DNA of 36,563 bases from Candidatus Micrarchaeia archaeon (GCA_038881595.1 JAVZPM010000005.1:1-36563); one strand, 5' to 3'. Shown: positions 17,644-27,594, counted from the first letter of the stretch. Notes: generated from the letters alone by a model not told the origin. Numbers and translations are program-made.

Positions 17644-18696
17644 ATGGTAAAGTTATCTGGAGATATAAATAATGATAAAATAGACATAATGGAGATTTTA
17701 AAGAGAGATGGAAAACAAATACAAAAGGATACGATTGCTTATTTGGAAAAAGAACCAGAATCAAAGTTAAAAGAGATGATGCTTGATTATCCATTGAGGG
17801 GAGGAAAGCATTTGCGTTCAGTGTTAGCACTTGAAACTTGCAAGGCTTTTAACGGTGATCCAAAGAAGATGAAAAACATATTAATCGCACTTGAGCTTTT
17901 CCAACACTGGATTCTTATACATGATGATATTGAAGATTATTCAGAAGAGAGAAGAGGAAAACCTGCTCTTCAGCATTTATATGGAATGCCTTTGGCAAAT
18001 AATACCGGAGATGCTTTGCACATAAAGATGTGGGACGTTCTTCTACAGAATAGAAAGCTTTTGGGAGATGCACTTACTTTCAAAATAATGGATGAATTCA
18101 TAAAAATGATGGACAGGTGTGTCAAAGGGCAGTCTATGGAGCTTGAATGGGTTCATGAAAAAAGATGGGATATAAGTGAGGAAGATTATTATATTATGTG
18201 TAAAGGAAAAACCACAGGTTATACATTTATAACTCCATTTAGGTTGGGTGCAATAGTTGCAGGGATCAAGGAATCAAAACTAAAGCCATTTAACGATATT
18301 GGAGATGATATTGGATTGGCATTTCAGATAGAAGATGATATACTAAATCTTATTGGTGAGAATGACAAATATGGTAAAGAAATTGCTGGAGATATCTATG
18401 AAGGTAAAAGAACTTTAATACTTATACATCTTATGAAAAATGCATCCAAGGATGAAAAGAAAAAAATAGTTGAAATAATGAATAAGGAAAGAAATGAAAA
18501 GACAGAGGAAGAAGTTAATTACATACTTTCGCTGATGAAAAAACATGGAAGTATTGATTATGCAAAGGAAAAGGCATTATTCTTTGCAAAAAGAGCAAGA
18601 AAAAATTTTGACAAGTACTACAAATTCATGAAAGACAGCGAATCAAAGAAGTTTATAGAAGGTTTATTTGATTTCGTAATAAACAGAGAGATGTAA
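17644..18696 (+). CDS. Polyprenyl diphosphate synthase (GGPP synthase-like)
   Basis: GGKHLR, HDDIED..EERRG, GQ, KT, FQIEDD, GDIYEGK. Confidence 0.94.
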   Translation: MVKLSGDINNDKIDIMEILKRDGKQIQKDTIAYLEKEPESKLKEMMLDYPLRGGKHLRSVLALETCKAFNGDPKKMKNILIALELFQHWILIHDDIEDYSEERRGKPALQHLYGMPLANNTGDALHIKMWDVLLQNRKLLGDALTFKIMDEFIKMMDRCVKGQSMELEWVHEKRWDISEEDYYIMCKGKTTGYTFITPFRLGAIVAGIKESKLKPFNDIGDDIGLAFQIEDDILNLIGENDKYGKEIAGDIYEGKRTLILIHLMKNASKDEKKKIVEIMNKERNEKTEEEVNYILSLMKKHGSIDYAKEKALFFAKRARKNFDKYYKFMKDSESKKFIEGLFDFVINREM

Positions 18697-18800
18697 ATAA
18701 CTCATTTATGCATCAAGTTCTATATATATCTCTCTGTTTATTTTCCGATTGATCTTTATTATTGTTTTATTGTTTTTATTAAGGTTTTATTTTTTATAAC

Positions 18801-19139
18801 TTATTTAAAAAGTTCTTCTGTTTTTGTTTTTCCGTTTTTTATTCTTGAAATTACTCTTTTCCTTGTCTCTTCAACTGACTTTATTAGTTCATCAACATTT
18901 CCGACAAAAGAGGTTGGTAAATCTAGTATTTTTCTTTGCCACTCTATATTTCTTAGCATCCTTATATGGATGTCAAAAAGTATGTTTTCTATCTTTTCTC
19001 TTTCACTAGGAAGCAAGTAAGTTAATTTATCCATCGACTTTCTAATCTCTTCTATTCCGTCAAATTCAGTATTTAAATTTACGAATTTTTCAAGCTCTTT
19101 TTTCCTATTAAAATTTGGAAACTTATTTTTCATTTTCAT
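18801..19139 (-). CDS. Hypothetical charged helical protein
   Basis: ORF with SD AGGTGG upstream; no motif. Confidence 0.65.
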   Translation of the reverse strand: MKMKNKFPNFNRKKELEKFVNLNTEFDGIEEIRKSMDKLTYLLPSEREKIENILFDIHIRMLRNIEWQRKILDLPTSFVGNVDELIKSVEETRKRVISRIKNGKTKTEELFK

Positions 19140-19272
19140 TCTTCCACCTAATTATTTTAATCTGTCTAAAATCTCACTTGAGATGTTAATAAAAGAAGCA
19201 CGTTTAACTTATTTATATTTTTCTATTTTTCTTCAATAGTATTCATTTAAGAGGTCACTCAAAATCGAACCC

Positions 19273-20556
19273 CTATATCTGGATTGTTTCTCCTATGTCT
19301 GGAGCGACTGCGTCAAAGCCATTTTCTTTAAGCTCAGAAGCAAATCCTTCGCAATCATCTCCATGCACACATATTACCTTTTCAGGTTCAATTGTTTCTA
19401 TGAATTTAAATAATTCATTTCTGCCAGCATGTGCACTTAGTGGCTCGTAGAAAACATTTAGATTTATTGGCACTTCTTTTGTCTTTCCTCCTTCTTTTCT
19501 TGGTTTTATCTTTATAATTTGTTTATTTTGAAGTAGCCATCCTCCAGTTCCTTCAACACAGTAACCAGTAAATATTACAGAGGAATCTATGTCTTCTCTT
19601 TTTTTCATTTCATTCAAAGCAAGCAAATAGCTTATTGCAGGACCGCCTTCGAGCATACCAGATGTTGCTATTATTATCGAAGGTTCTTTGAGAACTTCAT
19701 TTTTATTTTTTCCTACAGGCTTTAGATTTTCTAGAGCATTCTTTAATTTACCTGGATTTTTGACATATCTTGGGTAGCTCATAGTTATTTCAGATGCGGT
19801 TTTTCCCATCCCATCTATGAATATGGGGGCGTTTATCTGATAATCAGCTAGTACCATGGCAAGCTCTTGAGTTCTTCCAACTGCGAATGTAGGGAATAGG
19901 ACATTACCTCCCTCATTCAGTGTCTTTTTGACTATGTTTATTATCTTTCTTTCCGTTTCTCTTCTTGGAGGATGATATCTTTTTGCATATGTGCTTTCTA
20001 TAATAAGAGCATTGAACTTTCCTTCTGGAATTGTTGCTCCTGAAAGAAGTCTTGTTTCATCTAGTTTGAAGTCGCTTGTATAGAATAATCTTTTTCTTTC
20101 AGTCTTTATCTCCATCATTGCACTTCCTGGAATGTGGCCTGCATCATAGTAAGTGAATTTAACACTGCCAATTGAATGTTCCATTCCGTATGGAACTCCT
20201 ACTGTTTTGTTAAATGTGCCGTCTATATCGTTTCTTTCATATGGAAGCTGTGGATCTATCTTCTTAGCATCTTTTATCAGAAGATCCGCTAATCCTTGAG
20301 TGGGAATTGTCATGAAAAACGGAGTATTGTATCTTCTATATAACTCAGGAGAGAATCCAGAATGATCAAGATGTGCATGTCCTATCAATGCTGCATCAAC
20401 CTTCACATTCATGTCAAGCTTTGGAAGTCCTGTAACTTCCATATCCTGATCTTTAACCTTTATTCCTGCATCTAATGCAATTTTCTTTCCTTCTGTCTCT
20501 ACAAGCATCATTGATCTTCCAACTTCCCTTCCAGCTCCAAGAACATGTATTTTCAA
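19273..20556 (-). CDS. Metallo-beta-lactamase / beta-CASP ribonuclease without KH domains
   Basis: LGAGREVGRS, HAHLDH, AGHIPGS, YTSD, ESTY, SAHA, VHGD; TTG start. Confidence 0.93.
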   Translation of the reverse strand: MKIHVLGAGREVGRSMMLVETEGKKIALDAGIKVKDQDMEVTGLPKLDMNVKVDAALIGHAHLDHSGFSPELYRRYNTPFFMTIPTQGLADLLIKDAKKIDPQLPYERNDIDGTFNKTVGVPYGMEHSIGSVKFTYYDAGHIPGSAMMEIKTERKRLFYTSDFKLDETRLLSGATIPEGKFNALIIESTYAKRYHPPRRETERKIINIVKKTLNEGGNVLFPTFAVGRTQELAMVLADYQINAPIFIDGMGKTASEITMSYPRYVKNPGKLKNALENLKPVGKNKNEVLKEPSIIIATSGMLEGGPAISYLLALNEMKKREDIDSSVIFTGYCVEGTGGWLLQNKQIIKIKPRKEGGKTKEVPINLNVFYEPLSAHAGRNELFKFIETIEPEKVICVHGDDCEGFASELKENGFDAVAPDIGETIQI

Positions 20557-20701
20557 TTACTCACTTCCATTTTATTCTATAAATATATTGTTACATGTTT
20601 AATAATAACATATTCCATTAAATAGAATTTAAGAGTAGATTTTTTAAATCATTAGATACAAGTTTTATTAGACAAATAATGTGAAATGAGAGTGGATCGA
20701 T

Positions 20702-21430
20702 ATGGAAATGCCAAAAGATTTGACAATACTCGATTTGATTGTGCTTGAGAAAATTGAGAAAGATTCTCTTATGGAGAGCTTCAGCGGTAAGCTCTATTCT
20801 TCTTTCTTTGATACTGCTTCTATTCTAGGAACTTTGCAGGTAAAACAGCTTGTTTCGATATCTTCTGCAATAGGAAGAAGCATAGTCAATAGAAGCGAGC
20901 TTGGTGAAAAGGTTCTTATGTATGCAGAGGAAAAGGCAACTGAACCTTTGGATGGATTGGATCATGTGATATTAAAATCAATAGCAGCAGGAAATAAGTT
21001 TTTTGAGAATGTTAAAAATGATTTAAACATAAGGAGCGACGATCTTGCAATTCATCTTTATAAAGTAATAAAGCAAGGATATGCAGATTACGAAATAAGA
21101 GCTGGAAAATTAACTCTAAATATAACAGAAAAAGGATTCAAGCTTACTGGTTATGTTCCAAAGAAACAGCCAGTTCAGGCAGAGAAACAGGCTGCTCAAG
21201 AGGTAAAGCAAGTAGAGATTAAGCCGACAAAACAGCTTGATATAAAATCTGTTCTATCATCTGCAGATGCAACACCTGTTGGTAGTGAAGAAGGAAGAAA
21301 GTTAGGAACGATAGATAAATTCATAGGGAAGCTTACTTTCTTCATAGGCAAATATGCTCCATTCATAATAATTGGAATTTTGATAATAGCACTTGCAGTA
21401 CTATATATAGGCGGATATATCTCTATATAA
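20702..21430 (+). CDS. Protein with two winged-helix-like repeats and a C-terminal TM anchor
   Basis: LTILDLIVL...L..KQLV...RSELGEK and LDGLDHVIL...KQGYA...ITEKGFK; P/Q/K/E linker; hydrophobic C-terminus. Confidence 0.7.
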   Translation: MEMPKDLTILDLIVLEKIEKDSLMESFSGKLYSSFFDTASILGTLQVKQLVSISSAIGRSIVNRSELGEKVLMYAEEKATEPLDGLDHVILKSIAAGNKFFENVKNDLNIRSDDLAIHLYKVIKQGYADYEIRAGKLTLNITEKGFKLTGYVPKKQPVQAEKQAAQEVKQVEIKPTKQLDIKSVLSSADATPVGSEEGRKLGTIDKFIGKLTFFIGKYAPFIIIGILIIALAVLYIGGYISI

Positions 21431-21466
21431 TTGCATTATTTGATTTAATCAGTATGAAAGATAATT

Positions 21467-22090
21467 ATGAAACAATTTGATCTGTTGTCAAGATATAAAA
21501 TTCCTTTTGTGGAGTATGCAATAGCGAAAAGTCCAGAAGAGGCACAAAGAATAGCTGACAGTATAGGCTATCCTGTTGCAATGAAGATAGCTTCTTCTCA
21601 GCCTTTGCACAAAACAGAGATAGGGGGAGTTAGGCTAAATATACCTCCAGATGCAGTGCAACAAACTTTTACAGATATCTTGAGAAGTTCTGTTTCTGCG
21701 GGAATTGAGTTTGAAGGGGTGATTGTTCAGCAGATGGCAGCACCGGGTATAGAAATGATAATAGGATTGAAGCAGGATCCTACTTTTGGTCCAGTCATAC
21801 TGGTGGGTGCAGGTGGAATATATGCAGAGATAATGAAAGACATATCTATAAGAGTATGTCCTGTCGAAATCCAAGACGTCAAGGAGATGCTCTCTGAACT
21901 TAAGTCTTATCCTATATTCAATGCAAGAGGAAAGGAATATGATGTTGATTCTTTAATTGATGTAATAATGAAAGTGAATTCAATAGCACTTACAGAGAGA
22001 ATAAAGGAATTGGATCTTAATCCAGTTATAGTACACTCAAAGAACAGGGGCGGCGGTTGCGAAGTAGTAGATGTCAGAATAGTTGAGTGA
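21467..22090 (+). CDS. acdB: Acetate--CoA ligase (ADP-forming) beta subunit
   Basis: IGYPVAMKI.S...HKTEIGGV, DPTFGPVI.VG.GGIY.E, ELDLNP. Confidence 0.92.
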   Translation: MKQFDLLSRYKIPFVEYAIAKSPEEAQRIADSIGYPVAMKIASSQPLHKTEIGGVRLNIPPDAVQQTFTDILRSSVSAGIEFEGVIVQQMAAPGIEMIIGLKQDPTFGPVILVGAGGIYAEIMKDISIRVCPVEIQDVKEMLSELKSYPIFNARGKEYDVDSLIDVIMKVNSIALTERIKELDLNPVIVHSKNRGGGCEVVDVRIVE

Positions 22091-22107
22091 TGCAGAATAG
22101 TTGAGTG
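22075..22107 (+). repeat. Perfect 15-bp direct repeat (period 18) at the acdB/acdA junction
   Basis: CAGAATAGTTGAGTG at 22075-22089 and 22093-22107. Confidence 0.9.
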
Positions 22108-22112
22108 GTTTT

Positions 22113-23486
22113 ATGAGATTTGACCTTAAAAAAATGTTTGAGCCAGAATCAATAGCTGTGATAGGTGCATCGAAAGAGCCAAACAAAATAGGTCATGTAA
22201 TACTAAAGAATCTTGTAGAAGGAGGTTTTTCAGGTCCTGTTTATCCCGTAAATCCTTCCGCTGATGTGATTCTTTATCAGCATGCATTTGCATCTGTCAA
22301 AGACATTCCTAATCCTGTTGATCTTGCAATAATTGTTGTTCCACAGAGAGCAGTTCTTAAAGTCCTTGATGAATGCGGGCAGAAAGGAATAAAGAATATA
22401 GTGATAATAACGAGTGGGTTTGCAGAGGTTGGAAATGTCGAAGATGAAAAAAGAGTAAAAGAGATAGCTGAAAGATATGGAATGGCAGTAATAGGAGTAA
22501 ACTGTATGGGATTCATTAATCCTTATTCAAGAGTGGATTGTGTTTTTAATCCTGTGTATAAATTAGGAAGGCCAAAGGCAGGTGAAATCGCATTCATAAG
22601 CCAGAGTGGAGCGGTCGGTGCTGCAGTAATGGACTTAGCTGCAAAAATGGGTGTTGGAATTTCTTTGTTTGTTTCATATGGAAATGCTACAGTAATTGAT
22701 GAAACAGATCTTATTGAATATCTAAATGAAGACAAAAGGACTAAAGTAATTGCAATGTACATAGAGGCAGTAAAGGATGGAAGAAGGTTCCTGGAGGTTG
22801 CAAAGAAAGTTACAAAAAGAAAACCAATTATACTTATAAAAGCTGGAAAAACACAGGCAGGGGTAAAGGCTGCTGCTTCACACACAGCTGCATTGGCTGG
22901 AGATTATGCAGTTTATTCAGCTGCATTCAGACAGGCTGGAATAATAGAGGTAGAATCATTGACTGATTTGTTTGATTTTTCAAAAATATTTCTTCAGCCA
23001 TTTCCTAAAGGAAACAGTGTTGGGATAATAACAAATGGAGGAGGGATAGGTGTTCTTACCTCTGACCAAATCATTTTAAACGGACTGAATATGGCTGAAT
23101 TAAGTACAGAAACAAAGGTCAGACTTCGTGAGTCAATGCCGATGCATGTTAACATATCTAATCCTCTTGATCTTGCAGGAGATGCAGATGCTGCTAGATT
23201 TAGAATAGCGCTTGAAGAGATGTTCAATGACAAAAATGTAGATATATTAGTGCTCACTCCATTGATGCAGACAGCAAGTCTGGATGCTAGTATAATCGAT
23301 CTGATAGTTTCTTATTCTCAAAAGATGGAGAAACCAATAGTGGTTGTTACAATCGGAGGGGATTATACAGAGCAAAACAGAGTGCTGTTAGAGAACGGAG
23401 GGGTGCCAACATATACCTCTCCATATGTCGCAGCTAAAGCACTTTCAAGATTAGCATGGTATTCTACTAAATATTCTAAAATTTGA
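22113..23486 (+). CDS. acdA: Acetate--CoA ligase (ADP-forming) alpha subunit
   Basis: PESIAVIGAS, YPVNP, G.NCMG, ISQSGA, AASHTAALAG (phospho-His), NPLDL.GDA. Confidence 0.95.
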   Translation: MRFDLKKMFEPESIAVIGASKEPNKIGHVILKNLVEGGFSGPVYPVNPSADVILYQHAFASVKDIPNPVDLAIIVVPQRAVLKVLDECGQKGIKNIVIITSGFAEVGNVEDEKRVKEIAERYGMAVIGVNCMGFINPYSRVDCVFNPVYKLGRPKAGEIAFISQSGAVGAAVMDLAAKMGVGISLFVSYGNATVIDETDLIEYLNEDKRTKVIAMYIEAVKDGRRFLEVAKKVTKRKPIILIKAGKTQAGVKAAASHTAALAGDYAVYSAAFRQAGIIEVESLTDLFDFSKIFLQPFPKGNSVGIITNGGGIGVLTSDQIILNGLNMAELSTETKVRLRESMPMHVNISNPLDLAGDADAARFRIALEEMFNDKNVDILVLTPLMQTASLDASIIDLIVSYSQKMEKPIVVVTIGGDYTEQNRVLLENGGVPTYTSPYVAAKALSRLAWYSTKYSKI

Positions 23487-23542
23487 TTTTGCCACGTCTA
23501 TTCGTTCTTTCATTCTATTCGTTTTATTTTTATTCTATTATT

Positions 23543-24754
23543 TTATTTGTTATGCTTCTTTTTTATCATCTCTTCCAAAACTAGTTCTATATTATCTTCA
23601 TCCTGGAGCATGTTCATGAGGAACTCAACGTCGATATCTTTCGCGCTTGTGCTTTGAAGCCTTTCTTTTATTGATTGTATTCCAATCTCTCTTACAGACA
23701 TCTTTTGTTTATACATATTTCTTAATGACTCAAGCTTTTCCTTTAAACCTTGCTCGGCCATTTCATTATCTATCTGAAGTATACACTTATCTTCGTATTC
23801 TGAATATATATCTTGAATACTTAAATTTTCTCTTTTTATTCCTTGTTTCAGAGTTCCAGATACAACTACTCGGATTATCGGAATTCCATCCTTTCCTTTG
23901 ATTTCTTTTCCTTTTTGTAAAAGTTCCTCAATCTTGTTTCTTATTCTGTCATTCACATCTTTAAGATCAGCATTCTTAAGTTCTATCTCTCCATAAAGGA
24001 ATTTCCTGCTTTTTATGTCAATGAATTTAATTTCATTTGTATTTGTATCAAGAATCACATATGCCCTGGGTTCCTCTTCTTCCTTTCTTAGCTGAGTTAT
24101 CACTGTGCTTCCAGGAATAAGTAATTTCTTTCCATTTTTTTCTATTACTACTCTTTTATGGATGTGACCGCACAAATAAAGATCAAATCCATCTGGGAGT
24201 TCGTCCAATGAAATTCCATCTGCCATTGGTATAACTTCCTTAATTGTTTGATGCAACATTAGTATGTTGTATGCCCCAGCTATAGGCTTGAAATTTAGTT
24301 GTTTTATAGTTTCCCTTATTGAATCCTCTGTCGTTCCCCCTATTCCGTGAATTGCAATCTTTTCTACACTTCCATCTTTGTTTCTTTTCTCAAAAACAAC
24401 AGTTCTATCGCTTGCATTAGTTATAATACCAGCTCTTTCAAGGAGTTCAACTGGATTTACCATTCCTTTTGATCTTCTGTCATGTGTTCCATGTATTGCC
24501 ACTACTGGAAGAAGGCCTTCTTTGTTTTCAATTCCCTTTTCTTTCCAATCTATTTTTTTGCCGTAAGAAAAAATTTCCATTGCCTTTGCAATAACTTCGA
24601 ATTTAGGTGTTTTTGTATCGAATATATCTCCAGCTATTAAAACAATGTCTGAATTGTTGCATGCTTCTCTAAATGATTCTTCTGCCTGTTCTATGGAATC
24701 TTCATAGAATCTTGGGTATCCGATGTGTGTATCAGAAAGAATTCCAACTTTCAT
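23543..24754 (-). CDS. mre11: DNA double-strand break repair nuclease Mre11
   Basis: SDTHIG, AGDIFD, HGTHD, MLHQ, GHIH, PGS motifs plus capping domain and helical C-terminus. Confidence 0.88.
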   Translation of the reverse strand: MKVGILSDTHIGYPRFYEDSIEQAEESFREACNNSDIVLIAGDIFDTKTPKFEVIAKAMEIFSYGKKIDWKEKGIENKEGLLPVVAIHGTHDRRSKGMVNPVELLERAGIITNASDRTVVFEKRNKDGSVEKIAIHGIGGTTEDSIRETIKQLNFKPIAGAYNILMLHQTIKEVIPMADGISLDELPDGFDLYLCGHIHKRVVIEKNGKKLLIPGSTVITQLRKEEEEPRAYVILDTNTNEIKFIDIKSRKFLYGEIELKNADLKDVNDRIRNKIEELLQKGKEIKGKDGIPIIRVVVSGTLKQGIKRENLSIQDIYSEYEDKCILQIDNEMAEQGLKEKLESLRNMYKQKMSVREIGIQSIKERLQSTSAKDIDVEFLMNMLQDEDNIELVLEEMIKKKHNK

Positions 24755-24871
24755 ATTTTTCACTTTTATGTTTTAAGATGTGAATATATCTTTAAAACAT
24801 ATTTATAATTATTTCTGTCTAATAATTATCTGGATTAAAGTATTTATTCGGATAGCGATAGGTTGATCTAA

Positions 24872-25699
24872 ATGGCTTTGCAAAAGAGAAAAAAGAAAGC
24901 AATAAGTAAAAAAATCACTAAGAAAAAAGATTCTATTAAGAAAAAAGCAACTAAGAAAAAATCTCGAATTGCAAGCATAAAAAGAATTACGAAGGCAAAT
25001 CCTGCGAAAAAAAATTTCTTAACATCTGGAAGCAAGTCGCTTGATAGGTTACTTGGAAAAGGAATTATTGAAGGTACATCAGTACTAATACTCGGAACAC
25101 CTCATTCTGGAAAAAAACCGATATTAATGAAGATGATTAAAGACAATTGCTGTGAACTTGGTATTTCACCAATAATTATACTTACTGACTTAGGTGTCAG
25201 CAACTGGATTTCAATGGCTGAAAAAAATAATTGGAGCTGTAATAAAAAAACATGCGATATATTTTATGTAGACAGCTATTCTCAGCAGTTTAATGTTTGT
25301 ACTGCATCTCAAAATATAAAATGTCTTGAGGTTCCATTTACATTAAGTTCTCTTTCCATAGCTGTTTCCGAATATTTAGACAAAGTAAGGAAGGAAGGTA
25401 AGAAACCATTGGTTGTTCTTCATTCCATCTCAACTTTGATAGAAACATTTGGTGCAAATGAGGTGTTTTCATTTTTGCAGTTCTTTTTAGGCAAATTAAG
25501 AAATGAAGGAGTTACAATTGTTTCTACAATGCAGCTTGGAGTACATGGTGAGAATCTAGAGACAGCAATTTCTTCTCTCAATGAATGTGTGATAAAATTA
25601 AAAGACAACAAGCTAAGTGCTTCAGGATATATCACTATAAGAGATAATAATTGGCATAGTTATAAATTTGTAAAGAATCAATTGGTTTTAACTGATTAA
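24872..25699 (+). CDS. KaiC/RAD55-like RecA-fold protein, probably ATPase-inactive, with Lys-rich N-terminal tail
   Basis: TSG..SLDRLLGKGI..G, Walker A variant GTPHSGKK, Walker B variant VVLHSIS. Confidence 0.8.
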   Translation: MALQKRKKKAISKKITKKKDSIKKKATKKKSRIASIKRITKANPAKKNFLTSGSKSLDRLLGKGIIEGTSVLILGTPHSGKKPILMKMIKDNCCELGISPIIILTDLGVSNWISMAEKNNWSCNKKTCDIFYVDSYSQQFNVCTASQNIKCLEVPFTLSSLSIAVSEYLDKVRKEGKKPLVVLHSISTLIETFGANEVFSFLQFFLGKLRNEGVTIVSTMQLGVHGENLETAISSLNECVIKLKDNKLSASGYITIRDNNWHSYKFVKNQLVLTD

Positions 25700-25709
25700 G
25701 GTGTTATAA

Positions 25710-26933
25710 ATGATTAATCAACCTCCAAGAGGAATGAGAGATTTTTATCCAATAGAGGCAAGCATGCGAAGAAGAATAGTTTCAACAGTTGAAAATGTTT
25801 ACATGTCTTACGGCTTTGATCCATATGATACCCCTGCATTGGAATATCTTGAAGTTCTTGGAAGAAAATCAGGAGACGAAGTGAAGAAGCAAATATATCA
25901 AATAGATGACATGGGACTTAGATTTGATTTTACAGTAGGTCTTGCAAGATTTATATCCAACACCTCTCTTCCAAAACCTATAAAGGTTTTTAGATCCGGT
26001 CCTGTTTGGAGAAGAGATGAGCCACAGAAGGGAAGATTTAGGGAATTTTGGCAGTCTGACATAGATATAATCGGCTCAAGCAGTATGAAATGCGAAGCAG
26101 AACTAATAGCATGCGCAAACGATGCATTAATTGCCCTCGGTTTCAAGGATGTTAAATTCAAATTAAATAATAGGGAATGCTTGTTTGACATGATGGAAAA
26201 GGCAGGAGTGGAAAAGACATTAGTACCTGCAGCAATAAGAATACTTGACAAGCTTGATAAGAAGGGAGAAGGAGGAGTGAAAAATGAGATGATGGATGCA
26301 GGAATATCAGAAGAATCAATAAAGCTAATATTCAAGTCAATCATCTCTAAAAAGAAGGAGTTTGTAGGGAGCGACAAAATTGCAGAAATAATTGAAATCG
26401 CGAAAGAGTACGGAGTTGACAATATAGAGATTGACTACTCATTAGCTAGAGGGCTTGATTATTATACTGGCCCGATATTTGAAATTAAATCAGGGCCTCA
26501 GCAACTTAGCATAGGTGGTGGAGGAAGATACGATGAGCTTTTGGGTCTTTATGGTTCTTCCTCACCTGCAGTAGGCATTTCATTAGGAATAGATAGAATT
26601 GCAGAGATAATAAAAGAGAGAGAAGGAATTAAAACAGATTCTCCATTTTCACAGGCTGATGTTTATGTTGCAAACATAAAGGATGAAACATACAAATATT
26701 CAATAAAGGTTGCATCTATAATGAGAAAAGCAGGATTAAATGTTTCACTCAACATTACTGAAAGAGATCTCAGGAAGCAATTAGAATATGCAAATTCAAT
26801 GAAATTCAAATATATTGCAATAATCGGTTTAAAGGAAGCAGAGCTTCGGAGGGTGACACTTAGGAATCTGCAATCAGGAGAAGAAAAGCAGCTTCCGATA
26901 AAGGATGCAATAGCTATAATAAAGGAAATGTAA
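25710..26933 (+). CDS. hisS: Histidine--tRNA ligase
   Basis: PRGMRDF, LRFDFT, WRRDEPQKGRFREFWQ.D.D, LARGLDYYTG, GGGRYD. Confidence 0.97.
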   Translation: MINQPPRGMRDFYPIEASMRRRIVSTVENVYMSYGFDPYDTPALEYLEVLGRKSGDEVKKQIYQIDDMGLRFDFTVGLARFISNTSLPKPIKVFRSGPVWRRDEPQKGRFREFWQSDIDIIGSSSMKCEAELIACANDALIALGFKDVKFKLNNRECLFDMMEKAGVEKTLVPAAIRILDKLDKKGEGGVKNEMMDAGISEESIKLIFKSIISKKKEFVGSDKIAEIIEIAKEYGVDNIEIDYSLARGLDYYTGPIFEIKSGPQQLSIGGGGRYDELLGLYGSSSPAVGISLGIDRIAEIIKEREGIKTDSPFSQADVYVANIKDETYKYSIKVASIMRKAGLNVSLNITERDLRKQLEYANSMKFKYIAIIGLKEAELRRVTLRNLQSGEEKQLPIKDAIAIIKEM

Positions 26934-27013
26934 GTATGTTATTAAATAGTTATATCAAATATACTATTAACCTACGTTAGGTCCTAATAAAACAAGATTA
27001 TTATATCTTGACA

Positions 27014-27042
27014 ACCAATAATATCCTAGTAATATTATTGGT
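27014..27042. repeat. Perfect 11-bp inverted repeat, 7-nt spacer
   Basis: ACCAATAATAT-cctagta-ATATTATTGGT. Confidence 0.85.
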
Positions 27043-27078
27043 AGTTACAATTAAACGATTGGATATAAAGGTGTTATA

Positions 27079-27594
27079 ATGTCAAATGAGAAGAAAGAGA
27101 TCAAAAATATAAAACAATTAACAGAAAAAACAATAGAAGAAGGTGGCGTACTTTCTACTTTGTATTTTGATGCTATAGGAAAAGACAAAGAAAAGATTGA
27201 GCAGCTACTTGTTGAGTTAGTGGGAAGGCTGAATTCAGAAAAGGATGTTGTTTATTGCGTAGGAGATATCGAGAGGGCAATACCTCTTGAAGGTGGAGAC
27301 TTCTCAGCTGCAGCAAAGGTAACAATTCTTACAAAGAACTTTCCATCTCTTGCAAGAATATGTGACAATTACGGCCCGATAGGGGTGGAGATAATAAAGC
27401 CAAGTGAAATAGTAATGAAGCAACATGAGGCGCAGGCATTAATATTAGATCATGTTCATACAATATCAAATCTTCTCAAGGAGATTGTCGAAAGAACAAT
27501 GACTCCAGAGGAGAGAAAGAAACTTGCGAAAATATTGGATGCAAGGGCTGAAAGAGGAAAGGAGCTTTTGCAAAAAGGAGAAAAGAAAGAATGA
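27079..27594 (+). CDS. Conserved-looking archaeal hypothetical protein
   Basis: 171-aa ORF, SD AAGGTG, alpha/beta pattern with YGP..VEI..P motif. Confidence 0.85.
   Translation: MSNEKKEIKNIKQLTEKTIEEGGVLSTLYFDAIGKDKEKIEQLLVELVGRLNSEKDVVYCVGDIERAIPLEGGDFSAAAKVTILTKNFPSLARICDNYGPIGVEIIKPSEIVMKQHEAQALILDHVHTISNLLKEIVERTMTPEERKKLAKILDARAERGKELLQKGEKKE

Noticed and set aside
24872..25699. Inactive RecA-fold protein as an Elp4/5/6 Elongator subunit
   Set aside because: About 16 kb from elp3, and its N-terminal core motifs are KaiC/RAD55-like; nothing in the sequence supports the link
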